A DNA stretch of 54,070 nucleotides from Perkinsus olseni (taxonomy: Eukaryota), in NCBI GenBank assembly GCA_013115125.1, contig JABANN010000196.1, positions 1-54,070 of the forward strand. Direction: 5' to 3'. The position numbers and the translations under genes are program-made. Positions 13,351 to 26,469 of the stretch are shown one piece after another. The stretch's first letter is position 1; each line of letters starts with the position of its first letter. The notes below the pieces were generated by a model that ran no database searches, had not been told where the DNA came from, and was given only the letters and a program-made list of their open reading frames with translations.

Positions 13351-15570
13351 CTCGTTGCCTGTCTTCTTTGTTCGCCGCTGAGAGATCCGCAGTCAAGTCA
13401 ATGGGTCGGCAAGTGCACTGTGACTCACCACGGCGTGGCTGTTTGAGACGGGGCTCTGAGAGTGGTAGATCCGGACCCTAGGGAAGTCGATCAAAAATGA
13501 GATTCTATAGCGTAATACAGCCTAACGTAAGTTGTAGCCTAGAACGCACAGTCCTGCATGCAGAAGCTGCTTCTGAGAAGCGAGACACAGAACGAGGTCA
13601 GACGGTTATCTGAGGCTGAAGATACTCGGTAAAGGTTATTGCAGCGATGATAGTCTGACAGCTGAGTATTACTGAAGCGGGAGCTGCTCAGCGCATAGTG
13701 ACTTGACTACCTTTGGCACTATTCTGTCACTTTAGTGAACAAGTTGTGGTGCCAGGAGGCGTAGCTATAATGACACGCATACCGCCCGCTATCCTGTCAC
13801 CTTGTGTTCACGAAGAGACGCCGACCGAAGGTATTACGAAGCGTGTCCCAAGCTAAGCTATTGAACCCCCCGACGCTGGGGCTTACGTGGCAACCAGAGC
13901 AAACTACAGTCGGATAGTAATCCATTGCTCGGTACAGGAGTACTTGGTATGCGTATGCCATACGCCGTATGGTCCTTGAGCTGGTTAAAAAGGATTGGGC
14001 AAACTTCCCCTCTCTACAACCTTACACAAGTGACGTTAAGGTGACCTCGACCGGTTCAGCTAGCCTAAAGAGCATGACGCGAGAGATTGCACCGCGGCCC
14101 GGAACAGGGCACTCTTCATAGCGTCCGCTCTGCGTCGATAGCCAGGGCAATGCAGGGTATAAGGTGGACTACGCTCGCTGGAAAGGCACCCCTCTCGAGA
14201 AGAGCTCGCCGGCCAGGCAATGTTAATCACGCAGTTGGAACAAGGTTGGAACTACCTAGTCTACGCCGATGCAAGAGGTCTGAAGGACCAGCAGGAGCAC
14301 TTCAGGTTCGTTAAGTATGTCGCTTACCATGAGCGGCTTATGGCATTCCATATGGCTGATCGGCTCGTCGTCGATAACATGAATCTCCCCTTTTTTCTCG
14401 ATTCTCCCTTTTTCTTAGAGCTCGCATCGCTACTGTGAGAGGTATTGTGCTCTGGGTCCCGCTGGGTCTTTGAGTCGATTCGCCATTGATGTCTCAATAA
14501 CGTCGAGGTATCCCTTTTTCAAGGGCAAGTCATGCGATGACTGACCATCACCATCTTCATCCAGGGCCGAGGAAAACCCACCCCTAGTATTTTGAAGTAC
14601 GGCTTATTGGGGCCTAGCAAACATTCCCGTTGCAGGGCGGCCCTCATCCACTTGGCTGTTGTTGCCAGCGTGAAACTTCTATTGATGAAATCACAATTGA
14701 GCACTCCGAGCCCCACTGTGTGGAGCAGATATTTTAACACGAGCGTGATGTCACCACCAACGTTGTCTCCGTGACAGCGCCACATAGTACAACTGTACCC
14801 ATGTGGACCGTGAGCTGTGTGCTTCACTGCCTTCATTTGACCTCCTACGTCCCGCTTCCAGGCTCTACCGCCACCCAGAAAATCAAGACAACGGGATTCG
14901 TGGGCCATTACCATCTCGTGAACGAGCCGTTGACGACGTGACTGGGTCCTTCAGAACAACCGAGTCACCCGTTTGAGTGATCCGTGGAGACTGCACCGTC
15001 TTTGCCTGGTGTCGCAGAAACTCTGTCTAACACAGAGATAAAAAGTCGCTTCTCAACCAATAGATCGAGACCAGGGAGTTGGTCTTGGTCGCAGCCGCGG
15101 CCTGCTGACTGCAGCGAGATGAAGTTCAGAGCAACCGGCGTCGTGCTCTATGGTACATTCTCGAGGCTGCAACAGTGCTGAGCGCCCCATGCAAATGACG
15201 CTAGCTGGATCGAAGTGATGACACTGGACTCTAAGGATTGGTATTCACGGCATTCAGCACCCGATCGCAAAATGATTCCATAACCGGTATATGCATAATC
15301 TTCCGCGTCATTGTTCTCAATGTGGGAACCTCGGCGCACTATCGACTGCGACACGGCATTTTTGTATTAGAGTCCGTCGGTGCGCTATGACTGCGCAGGG
15401 ACAGGTCGCGTACGCAGGGGAGCTCGCGCCCCGCCGTGACTCGGAGCAATGAAGGCTGGCATTCGACTTGAGCGTGGCCAGGTCTTGTGGATTCGGGTCT
15501 GATGTCTCGGTGCTCTCGTTGGGCTCTTCAAGGAAACCTGTGGGACCGGCAGGGCAGGCAGGTGATCTGC

Positions 15571-15584
15571 CTACTGGCGTCACC
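15571..15584 (+). promoter_or_regulatory. Candidate upstream element CTACTGGCGTCACC of peptide copy 1
   Basis: Identical 14-mer at 32086-32099 upstream of copy 4; GGCGTCAC variants upstream of copies 2, 3, 5 and 6. Confidence 0.45.
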
Positions 15585-15701
15585 CGCGGTTCCTGATAGG
15601 AACTACCGACTCGTGCCGCGTTAACAGTGATCGGCGTCGCTCGCATTGGTCTCATTAAGGAAGTCCGAGTTCAATATCCAATCAGAGTTCATCGTCTGAA
15701 C

Positions 15702-15944
15702 ATGATAACTTTTTCTGTTGTGAGGATCCTGCTCATCATCGGTCTCACCGTGGCTCCTCAAGACGGGGTTGTCGAGCCCAAGGACAAGAAGGGAATCCGC
15801 CTGGTCAAGAAAGTTCCGTCCGACAGTCCCAACCTTCAAGACAACTGCGGCCTGTGCAAGTTCTGCAGTGATATCGGGTACGTCACTGCCTTTTGTTGGC
15901 CCATTCTGGCTAAATGCGGTCTGGACTGTCGTTACTGTTGCTAA
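15702..15944 (+). CDS. Secreted Cys-rich prepropeptide, copy 1 (80 aa, short pro-region)
   Basis: MITFSVVRILLIIGLTVA signal; C-terminus CGLCKFCSDIGYVTAFCWPILAKCGLDCRYCC. Clear paralog of copies 2 and 5. Confidence 0.85.
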   Translation: MITFSVVRILLIIGLTVAPQDGVVEPKDKKGIRLVKKVPSDSPNLQDNCGLCKFCSDIGYVTAFCWPILAKCGLDCRYCC

Positions 15945-17399
15945 CGACCAGAGACTGGTTTCCCTCCAGGATATGAACGATTCTGGCAAGCCGGTCATCA
16001 GTTGCCACACTCCTGTCGAGAGGTGCTGCTCCGTTAACTGTTATAATTTCGGTTCCGGTCATTTGCTAACCTTCATCACGCGCTTCATCAAGTCGATCAT
16101 CTCGTGAGATGATAAACTAAGGTCTCCTTAGGAAACTCGTGTTGTTCCCTCAGCTTGTCTTTGATTCCATCATTTAACTCGTTATAAGACTAGTCCCGAC
16201 AAACACGGCCAATACCCATCCATGATGTTTACTATGAAGTTCGTGAACTTCAGGGGTTCTTGTTCTCTGGCCTACCCTCTCTCCATTAATCTGACGTATT
16301 GATACTTCTCCAATCGACGTGGGTCTTGTTGTGTTGCAGAAGACCGAGTCTTCGGTAGCTGCTGGTCTCAGCTGCATGAATATATCCTAGGCCAACCCAC
16401 AACATGATATAGTGTTGTGATATGATCATTACCATCAGCCGGTTACACCGTGCTTGCATCTGATGGTGTTTGAATATCACTCAAATCGAATATCGATCTG
16501 AGGCTTTTTTAATAGACTCGGGAGATGCTCCTACGTAAGGCGTTTTTCTCTTGGCATTTCTATCTCTGGCGCACCGTGCGCCGTAGCCTTCGTCACGTAC
16601 AACGTGTTGCCAGCCAACGTGCCAACAGGCTCTACTTCCCCTGTGAGGGATCGATTGTGCTCCAACGCGACAGAGGCGCTGAATTGCGATTTTAATCCGC
16701 TTATGCACCATTCGATAGAGGCTCATAGGCTCATACGATACCGCTTCTGAAGCAGCATACAAAGCAGTGCTTCGTCTCATACCGATGGCATCTATACTGT
16801 ACATATCACATCTGTATGAGACAAACCTGCGTTAGAAGGAAAACCTTCCCTTTCTCCTACGTTGCTATAGAAGACCTGCGATATCGGTTCCGTTCTCTCA
16901 AGCACTGAGTATTCTATAGGCAGTAACTACCAACTGAGAAAGAGTACCCGCTCTGTCAAAAGTCCGTAGGTTACATAGCATCTTTTTGCACGCGTGAAGA
17001 ATGGTATTCGTTTAATAGACTATCATCAATAGTGGTACTAGTACAAGTGGAATGTCTTATATAACGGGATCACGGTTCGAGACCGCTGAGTGGCTGGAGT
17101 CACGGAAGTGCCCATAAAATCATAAGCCAGACCCGACCTGCCAGGTCATGATGGTTGGTTACGCCCACCCTGGGATGGTCGGACCATCATGGTCCGAGAC
17201 CAGCGGCTGGGTGTGGATCATGCCTTCACCTAACCCGGGTTACATCAGCTATTGTTCGCTAGGAATCCTAGCCTCGGATGATATGCGTGAACTTGATTGC
17301 TCCAGAACCATCTTAATAGTGTTGCTTCCCATTTTGGCTACTCGAAATCACTTTTGTTTGGCGCATTACACGAGCATCTCGTGTAACTCTCTGAGACGA

Positions 17400-20300
17400 A
17401 TGGATTGAGTTGTAGAAGTACACATCCCTAGTAGCCAGCCAGGGATGAATGCGAGGCAGATTTATTGACGTGCTTGCTTTCGCGGAGTCAAGACGAGTTG
17501 GATGTGCGCTTCCGCAAACGTGACCCGTTGAACGGTTACAAATACTCCGTAGGAACTTTCAACTCTTACCGCCTCGACCAGTTGTCGAGCTGACCACGTT
17601 CACTGGCCTCGGTCAGGTGGGGTAGGAAACTGAGAACTTTTACCGTGGAGCTTCCAGGAAGTTGCGTTCCTATTCAACTTCATGTTTTCAAACTCAACAC
17701 CCTTCGGGAGTAGGCTACCCAGCAGTGGAGGGAATGGCAACGGGATAGCGAGCCCTCAGGGTTTCGGTGGCGGTCAACCGTAAGTGGCATAGCCTGTGAT
17801 TCGTGAGCTGGCGGAGCCGAGCTTCTAACACTGAAAGCAGGAGCCAGTGAGCTTTCTACAACTATCAGGTTCCGGGGAGAACTTGAGAACGCTAGAATGG
17901 AGAATATGAGATTGAATAGGTTGCTGCAGGAGTGTGAACAGGAGATGCTCCAAATGAACAACCAGAGGCTTCGAGAGCTCGAGGTTGGTGTATTCTATCA
18001 AATCAGGACAAACTCGAGACCATGTGCCACAGGATATGAAATTAAGGCACGAGATGGAGATGAGGAATATGACGGAGGAGAAGGATCGGCTCGTGGAGCA
18101 GATCGAGGCCGCTCGGCGGTCCAATGCTGATGAGAGCAAGGAGCTTCGAATGGAAATACGGTATACCCGAAGGGTGATTGACTTTGAGTCGACCCATGGC
18201 TCAGGGAACGGCAAGGGGAAATCGACAGACTGCAGACAGAAATGCAGGAGCTCGCTGACGAGAACGCATTGCTCAGGATGAAAGTGGGGCTACGAGAGAG
18301 TCGTGCTCATATGTTGTGGTTGCAGGTGGACGACGGCACAATGGCAGGTGGAGATTCGAAGAGGGGACCAACGTCACAGCACGGCCGTATCGGTGCATCG
18401 TCAAACTGGCCATACTCTCGAGAGGACTATGATGAAAAGCTTGAGGAACTGGAGGCGGCATTACAGGAGGCGAACGAAGAGGTGACGAAAACACCTTCGA
18501 CAATATCGAATCTACAAGAAAGAATGACGACGCGCACTTGCTCTCACCGCGCGGCATTTGCGCTTTTCTTTTCGGCGGGCGGCTGTCCAAGAAGGTAGCG
18601 GGCAGGCTAGCTACTTCCATCATACAATCCAGGTGTCGGACCTCCGCGAGAAGAAGGAAACGCTAGAGGATATCCTTGAGGAGAAGAACGTGCAGATAGT
18701 TGCCCTCACCAAATTCGAACGAGAGTACGTGGCCGTCAGGGGGTGAGAAACAACCCGACTTATGCGTGGACCAGTCTGCGGCGCAGTGGCCTACAGCAGG
18801 CTATAGTCAACTGTAGAAGTAGACAGTAGACCATGATCACGAGGAATACATCTCCTCCAAAATGTGTCTCTACACTAGCTGCACATCACTCAGGATGTTC
18901 CGCTTACCGTAGCTGCGGGTGATGAGCTATTAGTGTAGATCGTCTGTGGGAGTGGGAGGTCAGGTCCCAAGGAGCCCGATACTATCCCTATGTTCAACCT
19001 GCGGACGCTTGTCGCTAATCTAATTGTACCTCGTCTTCTTCAGAGTGGACGTACAGATTAGAGAGCACCTTGCGGAGCGCGATGAGAGGTTGTCTGATCT
19101 GGAGCTCCAAAATACCATGCTACGCGGGAAACTAGCTTCGTTAGAGGCGGAGGTAGGGTAACTTCTCCTCTATAAATCAACCGCCTCAGCAGGGACAGAA
19201 CGGCGGTGCCATCAGCGAACTCCGCATGCTCTTGAAGGAGCGAGAGATGGAGGTCGAAGCGCTAGGTAGGACGCTCGTCTCTCCGGTCACGATACCCATG
19301 CTGTGGCGGCAATGTCGCGATTCGAGTCCCGAGCATGGGTGTCAGAGTCCCAGCTTCGCTCCGCTATTTCTCTCAATGCCACGGGCCAAGGGGCGATGGA
19401 CGGAGACCGGATCGCCCAGCCAGGACCTGTTACGGGTAGGATGGCAGTGCCGTTGCGGGACTACAAGAGTCAAGGCACCGCACAAGCTGAGATATCTCAT
19501 CGGATCCGACCTAAGATACCCATGGTGCGGTTAGAGCTCTACAAGTAGAGCTCCAGACCAGGGATGACGAACTCATGAGGCTACAGCGGAAGGCAGTCAA
19601 CTCGCAGTCGAGTATTGGAGAGCACGCTCGTTACTACAGGTTGACGATTTCGCCAGAGGCTTCTCAGCTCCGGACGCTCTCAAGAAGATCGACGAGTTGG
19701 AAAGGGCGCTGAACCACAAGGAGAAGTAGAGTGGACTGCGGGAGAGCGAACCTATAGCAGCTTCATGCTTCTTTTCAGGGATCTGGCGGCGTCGAGGGTG
19801 GAGCTGAGTAGATTCCTGTCTGAGGCGGAGGACATTGTGCAAGAGAATCGATACCTCCGCCAAGTAGCGAAGATTCCGCTAGACAGACGTCTGGACCTAA
19901 CAGGTAGTCCCATGTCGGCTGAGCATGTCGGCTGTCTCCGTCATGCATTGAGCCAATGGGTAAGTGTTGTTCTAGATATGAAGATTGCTGAGAGGCTCAG
20001 TAGTTCGGGAGCGATTGCGCAACTGAGAGTGCTGGAGCAAAGGGAGTTGGAGTGGGACCATGAAAGGGTCAAGCTCCGGAGGAAAGTAAGCCGCCGGGCA
20101 GCGCTTGCTGGGCGCCAAAGCGCCGTGGTGGTATGCAGATACTCGAGCTGTCACAAATGGTCGCAGAGAAAGGCGTCATGTGCCATGGGTTAGATGCTGA
20201 CAAGCTTATTTTCCTACAAGAGGTGACACCGAGGTGACGACCTTTGCAGTACACGTGTCGTCTCAACAGTTCGCGAAGTCCCTCCGTGAGGGGTCGGTCC

Positions 20301-23300
20301 TCCCACCGCGAGACGAATCTCAGCCGTCGCACTCTGATCGCGGAAGGGACAAGGACGAGATCAGTGAACTCAAGTCCGAGGTGCTTCCTCATCCGATACC
20401 ATGCTGCAGCATCAGCATGTACCTCGGCAGATTCAGAGACTTCGGCTGCGTGTGGCACGGGCGCCCTCTCCACGCGATGGGTTCCTTCCAGTTGTTGAGA
20501 GCGCCGAAGATTCTGGCAAGTGGAGCACGTCCGCAATAGAATCTATATCCGCGGCGGTATGCTCTCGAGCTAGCTCTCACTAGAATTCCAGCTCCCAGAG
20601 ACTTCCCGCTACTCAGGTCGAGGCAAAGCTTGAAGCCTTCCTCCACCAACATCGCGGGCGGCCAAATACGCGGGCGCATAACAGGGGCCTGATGGATTCT
20701 CTGCCATCAGCCTCCCGCAGCCAGGACGGCCCGTCAACGGGCCGCAGCGTCTCAACTCGTGGAAAGCAGGTCGACACGGAAGACCCTTCTAAGCCGCTCT
20801 GAATCAGAGTCTTTGATGGTCTTTCGGCTAGCGGGCGTGATTCCTATGGGATATACGAATGAGCGTCTGCTAGGCTTCTGCCGCGACGAGTCCCGATAGA
20901 GACGCCGGACATGATGAAGCAGACGACGAGGAAGAAGAACGGCTGCGTAGAACGGCTCGAAAAGTCGAAGCTGGCGAGCAGCTGCTACTCCCACCCACGG
21001 CCTTCCCATCCATCAGAGGGCTGCCCCCGATAGCGTACAGTCACGTACTACAACGCGCTACACTTCCTTCGACGAGTAAGCGGAGGGAGTAATGGAAGAC
21101 CGCTGCGTAATGTCCATTTACAGGCATACTGCGCGGCAGGCAGTCTCCTGGTGTTGAAGCACTGTTATACACGATGCTGTTGGAGGCTCTGGAGGATAAT
21201 AGACACCTTCGCAACGTGAACGAGAAGTAAAGTCTCATCTACTCCACTGTCTTGGGACCTATCCGTTCAGAAATTAAGCCTTTCCTCTCTTGATAGCCCG
21301 ATCGAAGCCAATCATCATTACAATGGTCTGCATTACGGATCGCGAATAGGTTCAGTGAGGAGATAGCGGCAATGCAAAAGACCCAGCAGAGTCGCGTGGC
21401 AGCCCTCGTGACCACGCGGGAGGAGCATGCGAGGCTGGTGAAACTGATTCAAGCAGGTGGACCGTTGATTCATCACTTTGCAGATTTGTAGCTATTCTGA
21501 GTACAGAGAGAAAACCTGTCGAGAACAAAGAGACAAAGACAACGAGATTGAAGCACTTCGCCGCGAGGTCAGTCGACTGAAGGAGATGTGTGCCGTGAGC
21601 GATAAGGACATTGCTGAGGATGGTAAGGATGAGACTCAGCGTCTCTCATTAGCAGACTCCGGTGGTCAAGGATAGTCTCGTACGGAGGATGACATGTCCT
21701 CTCCAGTAAAGGATTTTAAAAAATCGAAATTTCTTAGCATCGGAGTCTGTATCCAGGGTACGATGCTCTACTCGCTTTCGGAATGTCCGTAGTATAGTCT
21801 TGTCCATCTTGCGAGTGATTGCCAGGCGAGTCTACGAAGGCCAAGTACCTAGCCCTATTGCAACGATTAACGAGGAGCGAGGCGAGAGAAATCACTCTAA
21901 GCCGGGCACTGCAGACCAGCAGAACCGAAGCCGCAACTCTGAGGTCAGCTGCCGCGTCTACTGCCTTCGTTTGAAGCCTTGCGACTTGCCCGTTATGTAG
22001 GGAGATGGTGGACAGTATAGAACCCGAGTGTACAGCCAGGGAGCGCTTCTTCAAAGAAAGGATAGCTCAGCTAGAGAAGTTTCAATTGAGGGCTCATCAC
22101 GCAATCACGGTGGCAACAGAAAAGCTTACGAGATGTGAGGGCCGGAATTATTTGAGCGCGATTGGCTTGGGTCTCGGGGCGCTAACAGAGTCGCTGAGTC
22201 GTTGCTAACTCAGCCAGGACTCCCTCGTTCTCTTGGTCAGGTCCCTTCTCTATACCTTGTGGTTAGTTCTTGTTGTAGGTGTACCTACGCATGAGTATGC
22301 CGCAGTGAAGAGTGAGCTGGTGGCTGTCAAAGCAAGCCACCAGGATCTGGAGGAAGAAGTGGGAAAACTCCGCTCACGTATCAAGCAGAGCGAAACTGTG
22401 GTGAGGCAGATCGATGATCTAAGACTCGCTGGGCTTCCCGTAGAAAGTTTTCCGAAGCGGTTCCAGCTTGAAACAACCTTCGACCGCAGCCGATCGTCTT
22501 AGCTCGGCCTAGAGAGTAAAAAACCGAAGGTCTAGTTGTAGAAGTTCTATGGTAGAACGAGCACCATGATGATGCTTCAGTCGTTGACGAGCAATCTGTG
22601 CACGCTAAGATTTGGCTGGAAATCCATAGCATTCGATTGGGCCCATAGTGGTTCGCCGAACCGGGTAGAGCAGGGAAAGTTAGTAGTCGGGAGAATTGGA
22701 GTCCAGAACTGAACGCTAGCTACGGTAGCTAAGCTACCGCACATTGTGTGCTTTGAATTGTGTGCCTCACGCTGTTGCATTGGGTAATACAGTATTACTA
22801 ACACTTGCGCGTACCCCCGCAAGTCTGTGTCCGCAATCCGGCTGACAACTAACCTTTTCAACTTCGCAAACACCATATATCGAGCGATGTCATCGCTGCG
22901 ATCATGAAGCGATGTCGCTTGCTGATGGTATGCGCCCTCGGGTAGTGCCTTATTGTCTGGTCCGACTGCATGTGTGACCCATGAAGTATCTCTGACTTTG
23001 GAAGCTGATTCATCGACCACTCTATCAGGCAGAAAAGGCCCGTGAAAGGATACGTGATTTCTTGAAGAGATTTCCAGCCGAACCGGGCTCTAGCGGCGAC
23101 GTTGCCAACGATGGCAGAGACAGCGCCTGCGGTGCGGCTGAGAGGGAGCTTGCTATTCTACGCAAGCAAGTTGAGTCGGATGCTGACATCATCGAAGAAC
23201 TCAAGTCACAGGTGGACTCCCAAGCGATTGCTCACGCTCCGAGCTCTTATTCAGGTCCAGTACCTCGAGGGCCGCCTTTCGACCACTGAGGAAAGTCTCA

Positions 23301-26100
23301 GTACTGAACGGACTTCCAGATGCAGATTGGAGGCAACGGTGGAGGTCTGCAAGAGTGGCGCAATGTCTGGCATCAATCTGGCTGATGTGAGAGAACAGAT
23401 GGTACATCAAGTCTTGAAAGTCGTCCAGCAGGTTGAACGCCGGGTGATGGCAGCCGAGGAGAGTTTAGGGAAGGCAGAGGCGAAGTCACTTGAATTAGAG
23501 CAAGCCCGCGAGGCAGAGAAATCTTCGCATTCAACTTGACAGAACACTTCGGTCAGTAGGTTCTGGCAGTAGCCCGACGACAAGCTTCGGAAGCGAAGGC
23601 AGCCTCACTGAGGCACATCACGGAGTTGAAGACCTTGAGAGAGACTCTGAATGCCATCTCCGACTCCAGTCGTTCTGGAGATGAGCAAGTATTTTTCTTA
23701 CCAACTCGCGGCTCATCGCCTAGTGCGCGCCCAGTTCGACTCCTACTGACGGCAGGCTGTTATCATTCATCCTAATCATGTATTTTGCTGCTTCCTGTCT
23801 ACACAGGCCGATAGACCACTGAATCAATCAGAACCTCCCATAATGTAACGTTGCAGAATATTGAGGCAGCTGGAATGGGTCTCGCCAGGGAAATGATACA
23901 GTATCATTGATACTTCCGAACTCTGAAAATGAAAGGCAGAAGTGTACGCGGTAGGTATCCCTTATCATGCAACTGCAGCAACGCCTCATGACCTGGATCT
24001 GGGAGTCCGACAAGGAGTACAGGGTACTGGCCCTCAACCAGGAAGTCAATCGCCTTCGCACTGAAGTAAGATACTAGCGTTCTCCGCTTTGCTCATGACC
24101 AGTAACACTCCTCGTCTATGAGCCGCTCGCAGCAGTCCGCATCGAGGGTCTCGATATCGGAGACCATTGTCCACAAACGGAACCCAGTAGCGAGGGGTGA
24201 ATTTCGCAGCGGCGAGTTCCTTAGGGAAAGCTCCTCTCACTTTCTCGTTTACCACCGTTGCTGTTGGTCCATGTTCCGAGCGTAGCCGCTGAATTGCTTG
24301 CGGACCGTGCCGAACCATGAGATCTCACCTACTACATCCCTAGGTTTTGGGGCTCCGAGGCGACAATGAAGCTAAGATGGGAAGTCTTTATGACAAGATA
24401 TCGCAACTTGAAGCTCCCGATCGACTCGCGCAGGTTAGACGTTGAGCCTCCGATTTCCTCTTGTTGACAGCTTGTTAGGTCGCGGAGCTTAGTTCGGTTC
24501 ATGACAGAGAAGGTGAGAGCATGCGAGTCGTTCGACAATCGAAGGAGATCGAGACACTCCTGGAGAAGGTTGATCTGCTAGAGTCGCACACTACACCTCC
24601 CAGAGCGAGTGCCGCACGCTGCCCTCGTCGATCAGGGCGGATAACCGACGACTGAAGAAGAGCTCAGCCACGCTCCAACGGCCGAACCCGGGTGAGCTCT
24701 CGAGGTTGCTTAATCAATCCTACAACCAGCTGCCAACTATTCGACTGGATGTTCCTATTGCAGGCAACGGAGGGAATCACAGCGATGTTGAAATCAATGA
24801 CTTGCGAGTTGGTGCTGGGAAAATTATTGACCTACTCCAGAAGGAGATTAAAGTCAGTTGCCCATCTAGTTCTGTCCGAGAATGTTATCGTTGCAGGATT
24901 ACGAGGCTCGTGTAGCGCAGTTACGAGTTGATAATGATGATCTGCGTGAGAGACTCAAGAGAAGGTCAAGTAGGCCTATAGTAAGTTTCGGTTCGAAAAA
25001 CGCACTGCTATTGCCACCGCCAATAATTCTCAACAAGAGGAGCTTGGAGCTCCGAGCTTCCCATTCTCTCTTCTGTCGTAACTCACACTTCAAGCTGAGG
25101 TCTTCAGTGTTGGAGCTCCTCCGTGTCAATCAGGACGAGAAGAAGCGTCCCCAAGATGTCCTCCTGAAGGACTCAGCGACGTCCCCGGCTACCTCCTACG
25201 TAGTCCTGGAACAGGTGAACCTGCCAGTTGATTGTCTTTAATGAGTGACTCATTATAAGTTGCTTCTAGCAATCTCAGCTGGACCTAGTCTGTTTTTGCC
25301 ATCCTTGTCCAGTTCTGCATATCCTCAGAATAACAAGGAGATCATCCAGCGGCTACAAGATGATACGCGTACCATTCAACAGACGCTCGACGCCTCAGAA
25401 ACAGAACGGAGGAGGCTCGAGCAGGTGAGTTCTTCTATACACGGGCTTCAGTAGATCTGCAGTGTCTCGCGTCTCTCATCAAAGTCCCTCGACCGTGAAT
25501 CGAGGAATCGCGAAGATAGAAGTCCCGCAGAGAAGCAGATCCGCATGCTGAAGCGTCAGGTAAGTCACTCTGACGATCCTCTGAGCTGAGCGGAATGCTC
25601 AGCCGCTTACTGCTCAGGTTTCGTCGAAGTCGGCGGAGATTACTCGAATGCGTGGCGTCCTGGACGAGCTCAAGAAGGAGACCATCCGGCTAGCAAAGCG
25701 GCGGGAAGAGCAGGCGAGGCCGCAGCGACAAGCCCTACAGGGACTCTTCGTTCGATCTGTCAGATGTTCGCGGCCTCAAGGGAAAGAGGAAAGCAGCCAT
25801 GATTTCACGCCTTGATGAGCTTCCTCGTATTATGGTCCTTTGTGTTGTCTGGGTCCCAGCACTGGATGCTCACGAGCCGTGAGTCACGACCAGATCAAAA
25901 AGCCGTTCGGAGCATCTGCCTACCTCAGAGCTAGTAGCCCTTATCCCGAGCACGGAGCCTCCGTGACGGAGGTGGCTACTGACCCACGTGCACTATCTCG
26001 CTGCAGTAGGTGTAGTTGTAGAACACAACATAGGTAGATTGGGCTCATAGTGAACGAGATAGAGCAGATAGTAAGTGGAATAGTTGAGAGAATGGAGTGA
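17400..26100 (+). CDS. CEP290: Multi-exon long coiled-coil protein, CEP290-like (ciliary transition zone); ends approximate
   Basis: Heptad-rich exons separated by short introns. Segments EDIVQENRYLRQ..LDL..MKIAE..AQLRVLEQRELEWDHERVKLRRK, RIAQLEKFQ..ATEKLTR.VPTHEYAAVKSEL and ITELKTLRETL resemble CEP290 blocks as I recall them, in the expected order. Some exons could not be joined cleanly. Confidence 0.65.
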
Positions 26101-26469
26101 TAATGCGAAGCTAGTATGAGCACAGCTCCATTGTGTTATGTAGACAGTGCAGATTCCCCTCTTCTCGGGGAAACGCAAGGGACAAACAATTGTGACAGGC
26201 GAGACTGGTGATTCACGAGAGGCTGCGTACGAGAGTATCCGAGGGATAGAGAAGGGGGTGACTGTTAGTCGTTATACCCATGCTAAGGGCCAGGGTTAAT
26301 CGTTATACTTCAGCAACACCATGCTGAAGGGCCGGTCGGCTTCAGGCACAAGAATTCCCTTCTGCCGTTCGGAGCGCGTGCGGCGCGCAGCTGATCATTC
26401 TCGAGATATTACGCTAAGAAGGGTCAATCTGAGCCGGTCAGAAGTTTCAACCTCGAACAATCTGATTCG

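Larger units (their letters stand above)
15380..16470 (+). repeat. Segmental duplication unit A, carrying peptide copy 1
   Basis: Flanks match the reverse complement of 27090-28410 and 34000-35300, e.g. catgatgtttactatgaagttcgtgaacttcaggggttcttg and caggtcgcgtacgcagg. Confidence 0.85.

Noticed and set aside
14220-14438. ORF faintly resembling an O-GlcNAc transferase C-terminal segment
   Set aside because: Similarity is too short and impressionistic, with no supporting exons.
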